Of a DNA stretch of 64,000 bases, positions 17,379-27,952 are shown piece after piece; within the stretch, counting starts at the first letter, position 1; each line of letters opens with the position of its first letter. Origin of the DNA: Myxococcota bacterium (GTDB lineage Bacteria; Myxococcota_A; UBA9160; SMWR01); assembly GCA_035541475.1 (NCBI GenBank), contig DATKND010000056.1, positions 154 to 64,153 of the forward strand. Reading direction: 5' to 3'. The notes beneath the pieces were generated by a model. The model was not told the origin of the DNA. It was given only the letters and a program-made list of their open reading frames with translations, and made no database searches. Made by a program: the position numbers and the translations under genes.

Positions 17379-18418
17379 TCGGCGCGGCCTGGCTCGGCGT
17401 CGACGGCTTCGCGCAGCCGCTCGTCTTCTTCGCGTGCGCCGCCGCGGTCGCCGCCTCGTGGCTCGCGACCCGGCGAGCGCCGCCCGCCGCCTTCGAGTGG
17501 TCGGGGCTCGAGGAGGCGCGCCGCGCCGGTGCGAGGCGCCGCGATCCGCTGCGCGCCACGGCGCGCGCGCTGCGGATCGGGGCGCTGATCGCGCTCGCGG
17601 GCCTGCTCGCCGGTCCGGAGGGCGTCCACCGCGCGCCGCCCGAGCCGGGCCTCGGGCTCGATCTCACGCTCGTGCTCGACGCATCGGGCAGCATGCGCGC
17701 GCTCGACACGCAGGCGGGCGACACCCAGCGGAGTCGCATCGATCTCGCGCGCGACGTGGTCGCGCGCTTCGCGGGCAAGCGCGCCGGCGAGGGCGATCGC
17801 GTGGCGCTCGTCGTCTTCGGCGACAGCGCCTTCACGCTCTGCCCGCTCTCTTCCGACGGCGCGCTGCTCGCGCGCGCGCTCGAGCGCGTGACGCCCGGCA
17901 TCGCGGGAGAGGCGACCGCGCTCGGCCAGGCGCTCGCGCTCGCGGTCAAGCGCGCGAGCGGCGGATCCGACGCCGCGCCGAGCGTCGCTCCCGGCGTGGG
18001 CCGCGCCGTCGTGCTGCTGACGGACGGGCGCCACAACACCGGGTCGCCCTCGCCCGAGATCGCGACCGAGCTCGCGGTCGCCGCCGGCGTGCGCGTCCAC
18101 GCGGTCGGCATCGGCACGGCGGGCGAGGAGGTGCCCGTGCCGGGTGCCGGCGGCGCGCTCCACTTCGAGCGCCAGGACGTCGACGCGCCAGCGCTCGAGG
18201 CGATCGCGAAGGCGACCGGCGGCCGCTATTTCGCGGCGCGACGCCCGTCCGATCTCGAAGCGGTGTACGACGAGATCGACCGGCTCGAGCGCGCGGAGCA
18301 CCCGCGTCCGGCGCGCGTCCGCAAGAGCGAGCGCCCCGAGCCGCTGCTCGCGGCGGCGGCTGGATTGCTCTTTGCCGAGATCGCTCTCGTGCGGGTCTGG
18401 CGCAGGCGGCTCCCGTGA
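17375..18418 (+). CDS. vWA domain protein (BatA-like)
   Basis: 347 aa. N-terminal TM pair, MIDAS DLTLVLDASGSM, C-terminal TM. GTGA overlap upstream. Confidence 0.88.
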   Translation: MIGAAWLGVDGFAQPLVFFACAAAVAASWLATRRAPPAAFEWSGLEEARRAGARRRDPLRATARALRIGALIALAGLLAGPEGVHRAPPEPGLGLDLTLVLDASGSMRALDTQAGDTQRSRIDLARDVVARFAGKRAGEGDRVALVVFGDSAFTLCPLSSDGALLARALERVTPGIAGEATALGQALALAVKRASGGSDAAPSVAPGVGRAVVLLTDGRHNTGSPSPEIATELAVAAGVRVHAVGIGTAGEEVPVPGAGGALHFERQDVDAPALEAIAKATGGRYFAARRPSDLEAVYDEIDRLERAEHPRPARVRKSERPEPLLAAAAGLLFAEIALVRVWRRRLP

Positions 18419-20043
18419 CCGCGGCGCTCTATGCGCATCCGGAATGGCTGGCGCCGCTGGCGGCGGCGGTCGCGGCGGCGGCGCTCGGGCTCGCGCTCGC
18501 GCGCGCGGCGTCGCGGCGCCGGCGCGCTCGACTCGGCGCGGGCCTCGCGCTCTGCGGCGGCTCGCGCGGCAGCGATCTCGCGCTGCTCGTCGCGTTCGCC
18601 GCGCTGGCGCTCGCGCTGGCCGGACCGCGCATCGGATCGCGCACCGAGCGCGTCTCGGCATCCGGGGTCGACGTCGTCTTCGTGCTCGACGTCTCGCGCA
18701 GCATGGAAGCGCGCGACGTGCCGCCCTCGCGCCTCGAGCGCGCGCGCCGCGTGGTGCAGTCGCTGCTGGAGCGGCTCGAGCCAGCGGATCGCGCCGCGCT
18801 GGTGGCCTTCGCGGGCCGCGGCCTGCTGCTGACGCCGCTGACACCGGACCGCGACGCGCTGGCCGAGCTGCTCGCCGGCATCGACACGGGGCTCGTGGCG
18901 CCGAGCAGCTCCCATCTCGACGAGGGGCTGCGCGCGGCGCTGTCGGCCTTCGAGGCCGGCTCGGAGCGGCCGCGGGTCGTGTGGCTGCTCGGCGACGGCG
19001 AGGATCCCGAGCACCGCGGCGATCCGGGCTCCGCGGAGCTCGCGCGCGCCGACGTGCGCGTACTCGCGGCCGGCTTCGGCACCGAGGTCGGCAGCACGCT
19101 CGACGATCACGGCACGCCGCTGCTCGACGCGTCGGGGCGGACCGTCGTCACGCGGCGCGATCTCCCTCGCCTCGAGCGACTGACGGAGGCGACGGACGGG
19201 CAGCTCTTCGCGGCGGACGCCTGGGGCGAGATCGATCTCACCGCGGCGGACGCGGCGACGCATCGCGACGCGGGCACGAATGGCGCACCCGGCGAGCGGG
19301 TGCTGCGTCGCGTGCGCGCCGTGCCGGTCGTGCCGCTCGGCGCGCTGGCCTTCGGCCTGCTGCTCGCGGAGGCGTGGCTCGAGGGCGCGCGCTTCGCGCT
19401 GCGGCGCCGCACGTGCCTCGCGTTCGCCGGCGCCGCGGGCGTGCTCGTCGTGGCGTTGCCGGCGCCGGCCGGCGACGGCGCGCTCGCGCCGCTAGCGAGC
19501 TTCGAGCGCGAGGCGCGCCTTCATCGCGGCGATCCGCACGCGTTGATCGAGCTCGGCGCCGCGCGCCTCGAGCGCGGACAGCGAGACGCCGCCTCTCGCG
19601 CGTTCCTGGCCGCGGCGCTCTCGACCTCCGACGCGCAGGCCGCCGGCGTCGCGTACTTCGACCTCGGCGTCGCCGCGCTCGAGAGTGGCGACTACGCGGC
19701 CGCGCGCGCGGCCTTTCTCGACGCGCTCGCGCTCTCGCCGCGCGACGAGCGCGCGCGCTTCAACCTCGAGTGGACTTTGCAGGCGCTGAAGCAGCAGGCG
19801 CCGGTCGCGAGCCCGGAGCCGCCCGAGAAGAAGGAGCCCGAGCGCGCGCCGGCCCCGCCGCCGCCGCAGCCGGAAGAGACGAGCGAGGATTCGCAGCAGC
19901 AGTCGGCGCCGCCTCCGGCGCTCTCGCCCGAGGAGCAGCAGCGTTGGCTCGCGCGCGTCCATGACGATCCAGGCCGCGCGCTGCGCGCCGCGGCCCGGGG
20001 AGAGTCGCCGGGCGCGCGGCGCGAGCCGGGTCCCGCCTGGTGA
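18415..20043 (+). CDS. vWA + TPR protein (BatB/BatC-like fusion)
   Basis: 542 aa from the GTG at 18415 (GTGA overlap). MIDAS DVVFVLDVSRSM, TM, TPR-like repeats, Pro/Glu-rich tail. The N-terminal 327 codons of the track ORF overlap the previous gene and are rejected. Confidence 0.85.
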   Translation: MTAALYAHPEWLAPLAAAVAAAALGLALARAASRRRRARLGAGLALCGGSRGSDLALLVAFAALALALAGPRIGSRTERVSASGVDVVFVLDVSRSMEARDVPPSRLERARRVVQSLLERLEPADRAALVAFAGRGLLLTPLTPDRDALAELLAGIDTGLVAPSSSHLDEGLRAALSAFEAGSERPRVVWLLGDGEDPEHRGDPGSAELARADVRVLAAGFGTEVGSTLDDHGTPLLDASGRTVVTRRDLPRLERLTEATDGQLFAADAWGEIDLTAADAATHRDAGTNGAPGERVLRRVRAVPVVPLGALAFGLLLAEAWLEGARFALRRRTCLAFAGAAGVLVVALPAPAGDGALAPLASFEREARLHRGDPHALIELGAARLERGQRDAASRAFLAAALSTSDAQAAGVAYFDLGVAALESGDYAAARAAFLDALALSPRDERARFNLEWTLQALKQQAPVASPEPPEKKEPERAPAPPPPQPEETSEDSQQQSAPPPALSPEEQQRWLARVHDDPGRALRAAARGESPGARREPGPAW

Positions 20044-21734
20044 GGGCCGCGCTCTCCATTCTCTGCGGGCTCGCGCTCGCGAGCGGCGCGCGCGCGGACG
20101 CGCCCGCCTGCCGCGCGCAGGCGCGGATCGAGCCGGAGCGCGCGGTCGTCGGACAGCAGGTCCTCTACCGCGTGCACGTGCTGCGACGCGACGACGTGTC
20201 GGAAGTGGAGTGGGAGGAGCCGCCCGCGTTCCCGAACGCGCGCGCGGAGGCGCTGCCGCCCGAGCCGGACGCGGACGTGCCCGACGAGGGCTTCCTCTAC
20301 CACGCACAGGACGAGCTGCGCGCGGTCTTTCCCGAGCGCGAGGGGCGCCTCGCCCTCGGCGTCGGCGTGCTGCGCTGCCGCACGTCCGGCGGCGGCACGC
20401 AGCCAGTGCGCGTGGCGCCCGCCTCACTCGACGTGCGTCCCTTTCCAGCGCAGGGGCGTCCGGCCGATTTCAGCGGGCTCGTCGGTCCGGTGCTGCTCAG
20501 CCTGACTGTGACTCCGGAACGTGTCGCGCTCGGCGGGTCGGTGCGCGTGGCGCTAATGGCGCGCGGGCCCGGCAACCTGTGGCAACTCGACGATTCGCCG
20601 CTGCGCCGGGCGCTCGGCGAGGTCGAGGTCTTCGCGCGCCCCTCGGAGCTCGCGCTCGAACCCGGTCGCGGCCTCTTCGTGAGCCAGCACTTCGCGCTCG
20701 ACGCCGTGCCGCGCGCGACCGGGCGGCTCCTCGTGGCGCCGCTGCGCGTGCCCTACTTCGATCCCGAGGCGGGCGTCTACCGTGTGGCCACGACGGAGGA
20801 GGTGCCGGTGGTGGTGGAGGAGCGCGCCGTGGAGGCGCCGATGCCTGGGGAGCGCGCCGAGGCGCGAAGCGAACTGACGCCTCCCGGTGTCGCTGCGCCG
20901 CGCGCCGGCTGGATCCCGTGGGTCGCCGCGGCCTGCGCGCTCGCCGGCGGAGCCGGTGCGCTGCGCCTGCGGCGCCGCCCGGCGGACGCGGCGGGCGAGG
21001 CGCTCGCGCAAGCCGCGAGGGCTCGCGCGTCCGGCGATCGCGCGGGTGAGCTCGCCGCGCAGGCCCGCGCGCTCCGCGCGGCGCTCGCGCGCGATCTACC
21101 CGGCGCCGGCGCGCTCGCCGTCGAGGAGCTCGAGGCGCGCGCCGAGCGTCCCGCAGCGCGAAAGGCGGCCGCCCTGCTCGCCGCGCTCGAGCGTGCGCGC
21201 TTCGCGCAGGGCGCCGCGCCGCCCGCGGCCGACGAGATCGGGCGCGCCGTGCGCGCGCTCGGCGCCGGACGCGCCGCGCGCGCGGTGCTGCTGCTCTTCG
21301 CGCTCGGCGTCGTCCTCGGGACCGGCTGCGCGAGCGGCCTGCACCGAGGCGACCCGATGACACCGGCTCGCCTCGAAGCCACTCTGCGAGCGAAGGCTGG
21401 AGACTTCGAGAACGTCGAAGGGCAGCTCCGCTTCACCTTCGGCGGTGTCCGCATGGTGTGCGTCTACGACCTGCACGCGGACCGCATGCGCATCATTGCC
21501 TCCGTGACCGACGAGTCCACCCTCACGGAGGAGAGCGAGCGAATCCTGCTCCGCGCGAACTTCACCAAGACCTTCGACGCCCGCTACGCCCTCTACGACG
21601 GCATTCTCTATGCCGTGTACCTGCACCCGCTCTCGACGCTCGACCCGCGCGAGCTCGAGGATGCGCTGCCACAGGTGGCGCGGCTCGTCCGGAACTACGG
21701 CACCACCTACTCGGCGGGCAAGGAGAAGCGCTAG
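20040..21734 (+). CDS. BatD-like protein fused in frame to a C-terminal CesT/YbjN-like domain
   Basis: 564 aa. Signal peptide MRAALSILCGLALASGARADA, BatD ectodomain, TM, helical ...ALERARFA tail, second hydrophobic segment (AVLLLFALGVVLGTGC), then a 135-aa alpha/beta domain. GTGA overlap upstream. Confidence 0.8.
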   Translation: MRAALSILCGLALASGARADAPACRAQARIEPERAVVGQQVLYRVHVLRRDDVSEVEWEEPPAFPNARAEALPPEPDADVPDEGFLYHAQDELRAVFPEREGRLALGVGVLRCRTSGGGTQPVRVAPASLDVRPFPAQGRPADFSGLVGPVLLSLTVTPERVALGGSVRVALMARGPGNLWQLDDSPLRRALGEVEVFARPSELALEPGRGLFVSQHFALDAVPRATGRLLVAPLRVPYFDPEAGVYRVATTEEVPVVVEERAVEAPMPGERAEARSELTPPGVAAPRAGWIPWVAAACALAGGAGALRLRRRPADAAGEALAQAARARASGDRAGELAAQARALRAALARDLPGAGALAVEELEARAERPAARKAAALLAALERARFAQGAAPPAADEIGRAVRALGAGRAARAVLLLFALGVVLGTGCASGLHRGDPMTPARLEATLRAKAGDFENVEGQLRFTFGGVRMVCVYDLHADRMRIIASVTDESTLTEESERILLRANFTKTFDARYALYDGILYAVYLHPLSTLDPRELEDALPQVARLVRNYGTTYSAGKEKR

Positions 21735-22342
21735 CGCTTGCCCGCGGCGAGCAGCGCCTGCGCGCGCGCGAGGTCGTCGGGCGTGTTGACGTTCCAGAGC
21801 GCGTGACCCTCGGGGTCGAGCGCTGACTGCACGTCCGCGGGCAGCACGCAGGTCTCGAGCTCGGCGAGGAGATTGCGTAGCGCGAGGCGCGATCCGTCCG
21901 CGAGCAGACGCCGCGCCGGGGCGAGCGCGCGCTCGCGCCGGTAGACGGCGCAGAGCGGCTGCGGACCCTCGGCGTCGCGCGCGAGCACCGCGTCCGCCTC
22001 CGGCCAGGCGCAGAGTCCGAGCAGCAGCGCTTCGTGGACGAGCGGCAGATCCGTCGCGACGACGAGCACGCGCTCGGCGCGCGCCGCCGAGAGCGCACCG
22101 ACGAGACCGCGCAGCGCGCAGCGCGGGCCCGGCGGATCCGGCACGCGTCGCCCCGGCGCGCCGGCGGGCGGGTTGCCGCCGACGAGCAGCACCTTCTCGC
22201 AGAGCGAGGCCAGCCGCCGAGCCAGCCGCGTCGCGGCCGGCTCACCTTCGAAGTCGAGCGCGGCCTTGTCCCGGCCCATGCGCGAGGAGGCGCCGCCGAC
22301 GAGCAGCGCCGCGTCGATGTTCCCGAGCCGGCCCTCCGTCAC
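21731..22342 (-). CDS. mobA: molybdenum cofactor guanylyltransferase
   Basis: 203 aa from the GTG at 22342 (GTGA overlap with the moeA stop). Motif LLVGGASSRMGRDKA. Confidence 0.85.
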   Translation of the reverse strand: MTEGRLGNIDAALLVGGASSRMGRDKAALDFEGEPAATRLARRLASLCEKVLLVGGNPPAGAPGRRVPDPPGPRCALRGLVGALSAARAERVLVVATDLPLVHEALLLGLCAWPEADAVLARDAEGPQPLCAVYRRERALAPARRLLADGSRLALRNLLAELETCVLPADVQSALDPEGHALWNVNTPDDLARAQALLAAGKR

Positions 22343-23595
22343 TCGAAGCCGGGACCGTCGGCGGCGAGAAAGTCCTCGTCGAGCACTTGAACCGTCACGG
22401 TGTCGCCGGTGCGGAGCTCGCGCGCTTGTGCCGGGAAGATCAGCAGGCCCTGCGCCTCGCAGAGCGAGCGCAGCACGCCGGAGCTCTGATTGCCCGTGCT
22501 GCGCGCGACGATGCGGCCGCCCTCGCGCGCGAGGCGCACGCGCACGAAGTGGAGCCGCCCGGGCGACTTCCGGAGCGGCTCGCCGAGCGTCGCCTCGACC
22601 TGAGGCCGAAACCAGCGCGTGTGACCCGCCATGCGCCGGAGCGCCGGCCGCACGAACTGCTCGAAGGTCACGACCGCCGATACCGGGTTCCCGGGCAGCG
22701 CGAACACCAGCGGCCCGCGGCCCTCGAAGCTGCCGAAGGCCAGCGGGTAGCCGGGCTTGATCTCGACGCCCCAGAAGAGCAGCCGGCAGCCGAGCTTCTC
22801 GAAGACGCCGCGCGCGTAGTCGCGATCTCCGACCGAGACACCGGCCGACGACACGATCGCGTCGGAGGCGAGACCCGCGCGCAGCCTTCGCTCGATCGCC
22901 TCCGGATGATCGGGTGCGATCCCGAGATAGACGGGCAGGGCGCCGAGCTCGCGGCAGAGCGCGGCGATCGACCACGAGTTCGAGCTGACGATGCGGCCGC
23001 CCGCCACGTCGCCGTCCGGCTCGACCAGCTCGTCGCCGCCCGAGAGGATCGCGACGCGCGGACGCTGGTGGACCGCCACGAAGCCGCGGCCGAGCGAGGT
23101 CAGCATGCCGACGTGCGACGCCGAGAGCCGGGTCCCGGGCTCGAGCACGCACTCGCCGGGCCGGACGTCCTCCCCCGCTCGGCGCACGTGGTCGCCGGGT
23201 TTCGGCGCGATGCGGATCAGGGCCCGCTCGCCCTGGCGCTCCGTATCTTCCTGACGCACGACGCTGTCGGCGCCCGGCGGAATGGGCGCGCCGGTGAAGA
23301 TGCGGACGACCGCCCCGGCGGGCAGCGGGCGCGTGCCCGGATCGCCGGCCGGCACCTCGAAGGCGATCGGGAGCACGGCCGGGCGCGCGGCGGAAGCAGT
23401 CCGCGCGTCGTCCGCGCGCAGCGCATAGCCGTCCATCGCGGAGTTGTCCGCGGGCGGGAGGAGGCGCGACGAGACCACCGCCTCGCAGAGCACCCGGCCG
23501 ACCGCCTCGGAAATCGCGACCGTCTCGGCGCCGAGCGGCCGCACCTCACCCTGGATGATGCGGAGCGCCTCCGCGGCGGAGATCCCGGTTCGCAC
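22339..23595 (-). CDS. moeA: molybdopterin molybdenumtransferase
   Basis: 418 aa with the MoeA N/linker/MPT-binding/C-terminal layout, SSAGVSVGDRDY and LPGNPVSA motifs. Confidence 0.92.
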   Translation of the reverse strand: MRTGISAAEALRIIQGEVRPLGAETVAISEAVGRVLCEAVVSSRLLPPADNSAMDGYALRADDARTASAARPAVLPIAFEVPAGDPGTRPLPAGAVVRIFTGAPIPPGADSVVRQEDTERQGERALIRIAPKPGDHVRRAGEDVRPGECVLEPGTRLSASHVGMLTSLGRGFVAVHQRPRVAILSGGDELVEPDGDVAGGRIVSSNSWSIAALCRELGALPVYLGIAPDHPEAIERRLRAGLASDAIVSSAGVSVGDRDYARGVFEKLGCRLLFWGVEIKPGYPLAFGSFEGRGPLVFALPGNPVSAVVTFEQFVRPALRRMAGHTRWFRPQVEATLGEPLRKSPGRLHFVRVRLAREGGRIVARSTGNQSSGVLRSLCEAQGLLIFPAQARELRTGDTVTVQVLDEDFLAADGPGFE

Positions 23596-23667
23596 GCGCC
23601 CACCTTAACCCGATCGACCCGGAGCCGCGTCGACGCTCCAGAGGTCGGCGGCTAGGATGCCCAATCA

Positions 23668-24756
23668 TTGAGCAGCGAGACCGTCCGTGTCGCGCCCGAC
23701 CTCCCGCCTCCCACCGACTCGACCGCCCCCCGGAGTTCCCTCGTGTACCCCGACGTCCGTCCCCAGCTGGTCCGGCCGATCGCGATCCGCGGCCGCATGC
23801 TCGAGAACAACCTCGCGCTCGCGCCGATGGCAGGCGTCTCGAACCTCCCCTTCCGGCTGATCGCGCGGCAGGCCGGCGCGGCCCTCGTGTTCACCGAGAC
23901 GGTCAGCGCGCGCGGCCTCGTGATGGAGGGCCGCAAGACCCGGGCGCTGCTCCGCACGTCGCCGCGCGAGTCGCCGTGCGCCTTCCAGCTCTTCGGCTCG
24001 GAGCCCGAGATCCTCGGCGAGGCGTGCCGGCGTCTCGAGGGCGAGGGCGCGGTCTGGATCGATCTCAACGTCGGCTGTCCGGTCAAGAAGTTCATTCGCA
24101 ACTGCGCGGGCTCGGCGCTGCTGCGCGACCTGCCGCGCGCCGGCGAGATCGTGCGCGCGATGCGGAGAGCCTTCCGCGGCACGCTCTCGGTCAAGATGCG
24201 GACCGGCTGGGACGAGCGCTCGATCGTCGCCCCCGAGCTCGCCCGCATCGCGGCGTCCGAAGGCGCGGAGCTCGTCTCGGTGCACGGCCGCACGCGCGCA
24301 CAGTTCTACAGCGGCCACGCCGACCGCGGCGTGATCCGCGCGGTGGTCGAGGCGGTGCCGGATCTCCCCGTGCTCGCGAACGGCGACGTGACGTCCGCGG
24401 CCGAGGCCTTCGCGATGCTCGCCGAGACGGGCGCCGCCGGCGTGATGATCGGCCGCGGCGCGATGGGCAATCCCTGGATCTTCCGCCAGGTGCTCGCGCT
24501 CGCGTCGCGGCGCGAGGCCGCGGAGCCGAGCCACGCGGAGCGGCTCGCGACGATCGAGCGCCACATCGACCTCATGTCCGGCTGCTTCGAGGACGCGGAC
24601 GTCCTCGCCAACAATCTCAAGAAATACGTGGCCGCGTACTCGAAGGGGCTGCCCGGCAGCGCGGCCTTCCGCCAGCAGGCGCTCGAGTCGCCGGACCTCC
24701 CGAGCCTGCTCTCGCACACGCGCCGCTTCTTCGGCGATCTGGCGGAGGCCGCCTAG
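23668..24756 (+). CDS. dusB: tRNA-dihydrouridine synthase (DusB/NifR3 family)
   Basis: LAPMAGVSNLPFR, DLNVGCPVKK (catalytic Cys), IGRGAMGNPWIF. TTG start from the track. The true start may be the GTG near 23743. Confidence 0.88.
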   Translation: MSSETVRVAPDLPPPTDSTAPRSSLVYPDVRPQLVRPIAIRGRMLENNLALAPMAGVSNLPFRLIARQAGAALVFTETVSARGLVMEGRKTRALLRTSPRESPCAFQLFGSEPEILGEACRRLEGEGAVWIDLNVGCPVKKFIRNCAGSALLRDLPRAGEIVRAMRRAFRGTLSVKMRTGWDERSIVAPELARIAASEGAELVSVHGRTRAQFYSGHADRGVIRAVVEAVPDLPVLANGDVTSAAEAFAMLAETGAAGVMIGRGAMGNPWIFRQVLALASRREAAEPSHAERLATIERHIDLMSGCFEDADVLANNLKKYVAAYSKGLPGSAAFRQQALESPDLPSLLSHTRRFFGDLAEAA

Positions 24757-24757
24757 C

Positions 24758-25845
24758 ATGGCGCGCGAGCCCCGCGGCGTGCTCGACGCGCTGCTCGACG
24801 GACTCGTCGTGCTCGACCCCGAGCTGCGGATCGAGATGCTGAACGCCGAGGCCTGCCGCGTGCTTGGCGTCTCGTCGGAGCTCGCCACCGGCCAGCCGTT
24901 GGCGCGCGCCGGCGCGGGCGCGGAGTTCCTCCGCATCGCTGGCGCGGTGCTCGAGTCCGGCGGCACGCAGGTCGAGAGCGAGCTGCGGGTGCACCGCCGC
25001 TTCGCGGAGGACCTGGTGGTCGACGTCGCGGCCTCGCCTCTCTTCGAAGACGAGTCGGGAGGACCTTCCGGCGTCGTGGTCGTGCTGCGCGACCGCACGA
25101 TCCAGCGAAACCTGCAGGAGTGGGTCAGCGAGCGCGAGCGCCTCGACGCCTTCGGCGAGATCGCCGCCGGCATCGCGCACGAGGTGCGCAACCCGCTCGG
25201 CGGCATCCGCGGCGCGGCGGAGATCCTGTCGGCGCGCGCGGGCGACGCGCGCTCGCGCGACGCGGCCGCGCTGATCGTGCGCGAGGTCGATCGCATCGCC
25301 ACGTTGGTCGACGATCTCATGATCTTCAAGCAGGGCGGCGCGCTGTCGCTCGCGCCGCTCAACATCCACCGCGTCCTCGACGACGTGCTCGACCTGCTCT
25401 CGATGGATCCCCTCGGCGCGGGCGTGAAGCTGACGCGCGAGTTCGATCCGTCGATCCCGGAGATCCTCGGCGACGCCGATCGCCTGGTGCAGGTCTTCCT
25501 GAACCTCGGGCGCAACGCGCTCCAGGCGCTCGACGGCGAGGGTCGCCTGCTGATCGAGACGCGCACGACGCTCGACCACCGGCTCGGCACCGCGACCGGA
25601 CCGCACCTGCCGGGCGTCGTGGTGACGGTCGAGGACGACGGGCCCGGCATTCCGCCCGAACTGCGCGCGAAGGTGACGACGCCTTTCTTCACGACACGCC
25701 GCGGTGGCACTGGGCTCGGCCTCGCGGTCGCGGGACACTGGGTCGCGCGCCACGGCGGGACGCTTCGCATCGGCGACGCGCCGGGCGGCGGCACGCGCGT
25801 GCGCGTGTCGCTGCCGCTGCGCCGGCCCGAGCCGGAGGCGGCCGC

Positions 25846-25849
<4 letters not shown>
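24758..25849 (+). CDS. ntrB: PAS-domain sensor histidine kinase (NtrB-like)
   Basis: 363 aa. PAS, H-box GIAHEVRNPLGGI, HATPase N/G boxes (DDGPGIP, GGTGLGL). Starts 1 nt after the dusB stop, the classic nifR3-ntrB-ntrC arrangement. Confidence 0.85.
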
Positions 25850-27270
<1,421 letters not shown>

Positions 27271-27301
27271 CAACCCACCCCCCGCGCTGGAGATCGCAAC
27301 G

Positions 27302-27952
27302 GTGGACGACCAGCGCCTGTGGGGCCTCCACGTGCTCGCGGACGACGACCCCCGCTGGCGCCGCGATCCGGCGGCGCAGGCCGACGCGGCCTGCGCGGGC
27401 GGCGCCGCGGTGGTGCAGCTGCGCGCCAAGCGCGCGACCGACCGCGAGGCGCTCGCCTGGGCGCGCGCGATCCGGAAACGCACGCACGCGGCGGGCGTGC
27501 TCTTCTTCGTGAACGACCGCTTCGACCTGGCGCTCCTCGCGGAGGCCGACGGCGTGCACCTCGGACAGGGCGACCTGCCGCCGGACCGGCTGCCGGCGGA
27601 CGCGCGCGCGCGGCTGCGGGTCGGGCGCTCGACCCACACGCTCGAGCAGGCGCGCGCCGCGCGCGACGAGCGCGTGGACTACGCGGCCTTCGGCCCCGTG
27701 TTCGGCACGAGCTCGAAGCTGGCGGAGCATTCGCCGCGCGGGCTCACCGCGCTGGCGGAGGTCGCAAAGCTGCTGGCGCCGCTGCCGCTCGTCGCGATCG
27801 GCGGTATCGACGCCGCGCGCGCGGCCGCGTGTCGCGAGGCCGGCGCGGCGGGCGTCGCGGTGATCGGCGCGGTGGCCGGAGCCGACGATCCCGTCGCGGC
27901 CACGCGCGCGCTGGTCGCGGCGCTGCGATCCGGAGCCGTGTCGGCCGCGTGA
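27302..27952 (+). CDS. thiE: thiamine-phosphate synthase
   Basis: 216 aa. VVQLRAK, DGVHLGQGD, AIGGI motifs of ThiE. GTG start. Confidence 0.85.
   Translation: MDDQRLWGLHVLADDDPRWRRDPAAQADAACAGGAAVVQLRAKRATDREALAWARAIRKRTHAAGVLFFVNDRFDLALLAEADGVHLGQGDLPPDRLPADARARLRVGRSTHTLEQARAARDERVDYAAFGPVFGTSSKLAEHSPRGLTALAEVAKLLAPLPLVAIGGIDAARAAACREAGAAGVAVIGAVAGADDPVAATRALVAALRSGAVSAA

Noticed and set aside
21249-21330. Calling the BatD C-terminal region a separate lipoprotein gene outright
   Set aside because: There is no stop codon between it and BatD, no obvious RBS before the GTG at 21249, and the lipobox is imperfect (LGTGC with Gly at -3). It is kept as an alternative hypothesis in the findings rather than as a feature.
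27271-27301. TPP riboswitch upstream of thiE (also thiD at 57706-57765) and Moco riboswitch upstream of moeA (23596-23667)
   Set aside because: The spacers are only 31, 60 and 72 nt, too short for these riboswitches. They lack the conserved CUGAGA / ACCUGAUCUGGAUAAUGCCAGCG (TPP) elements.
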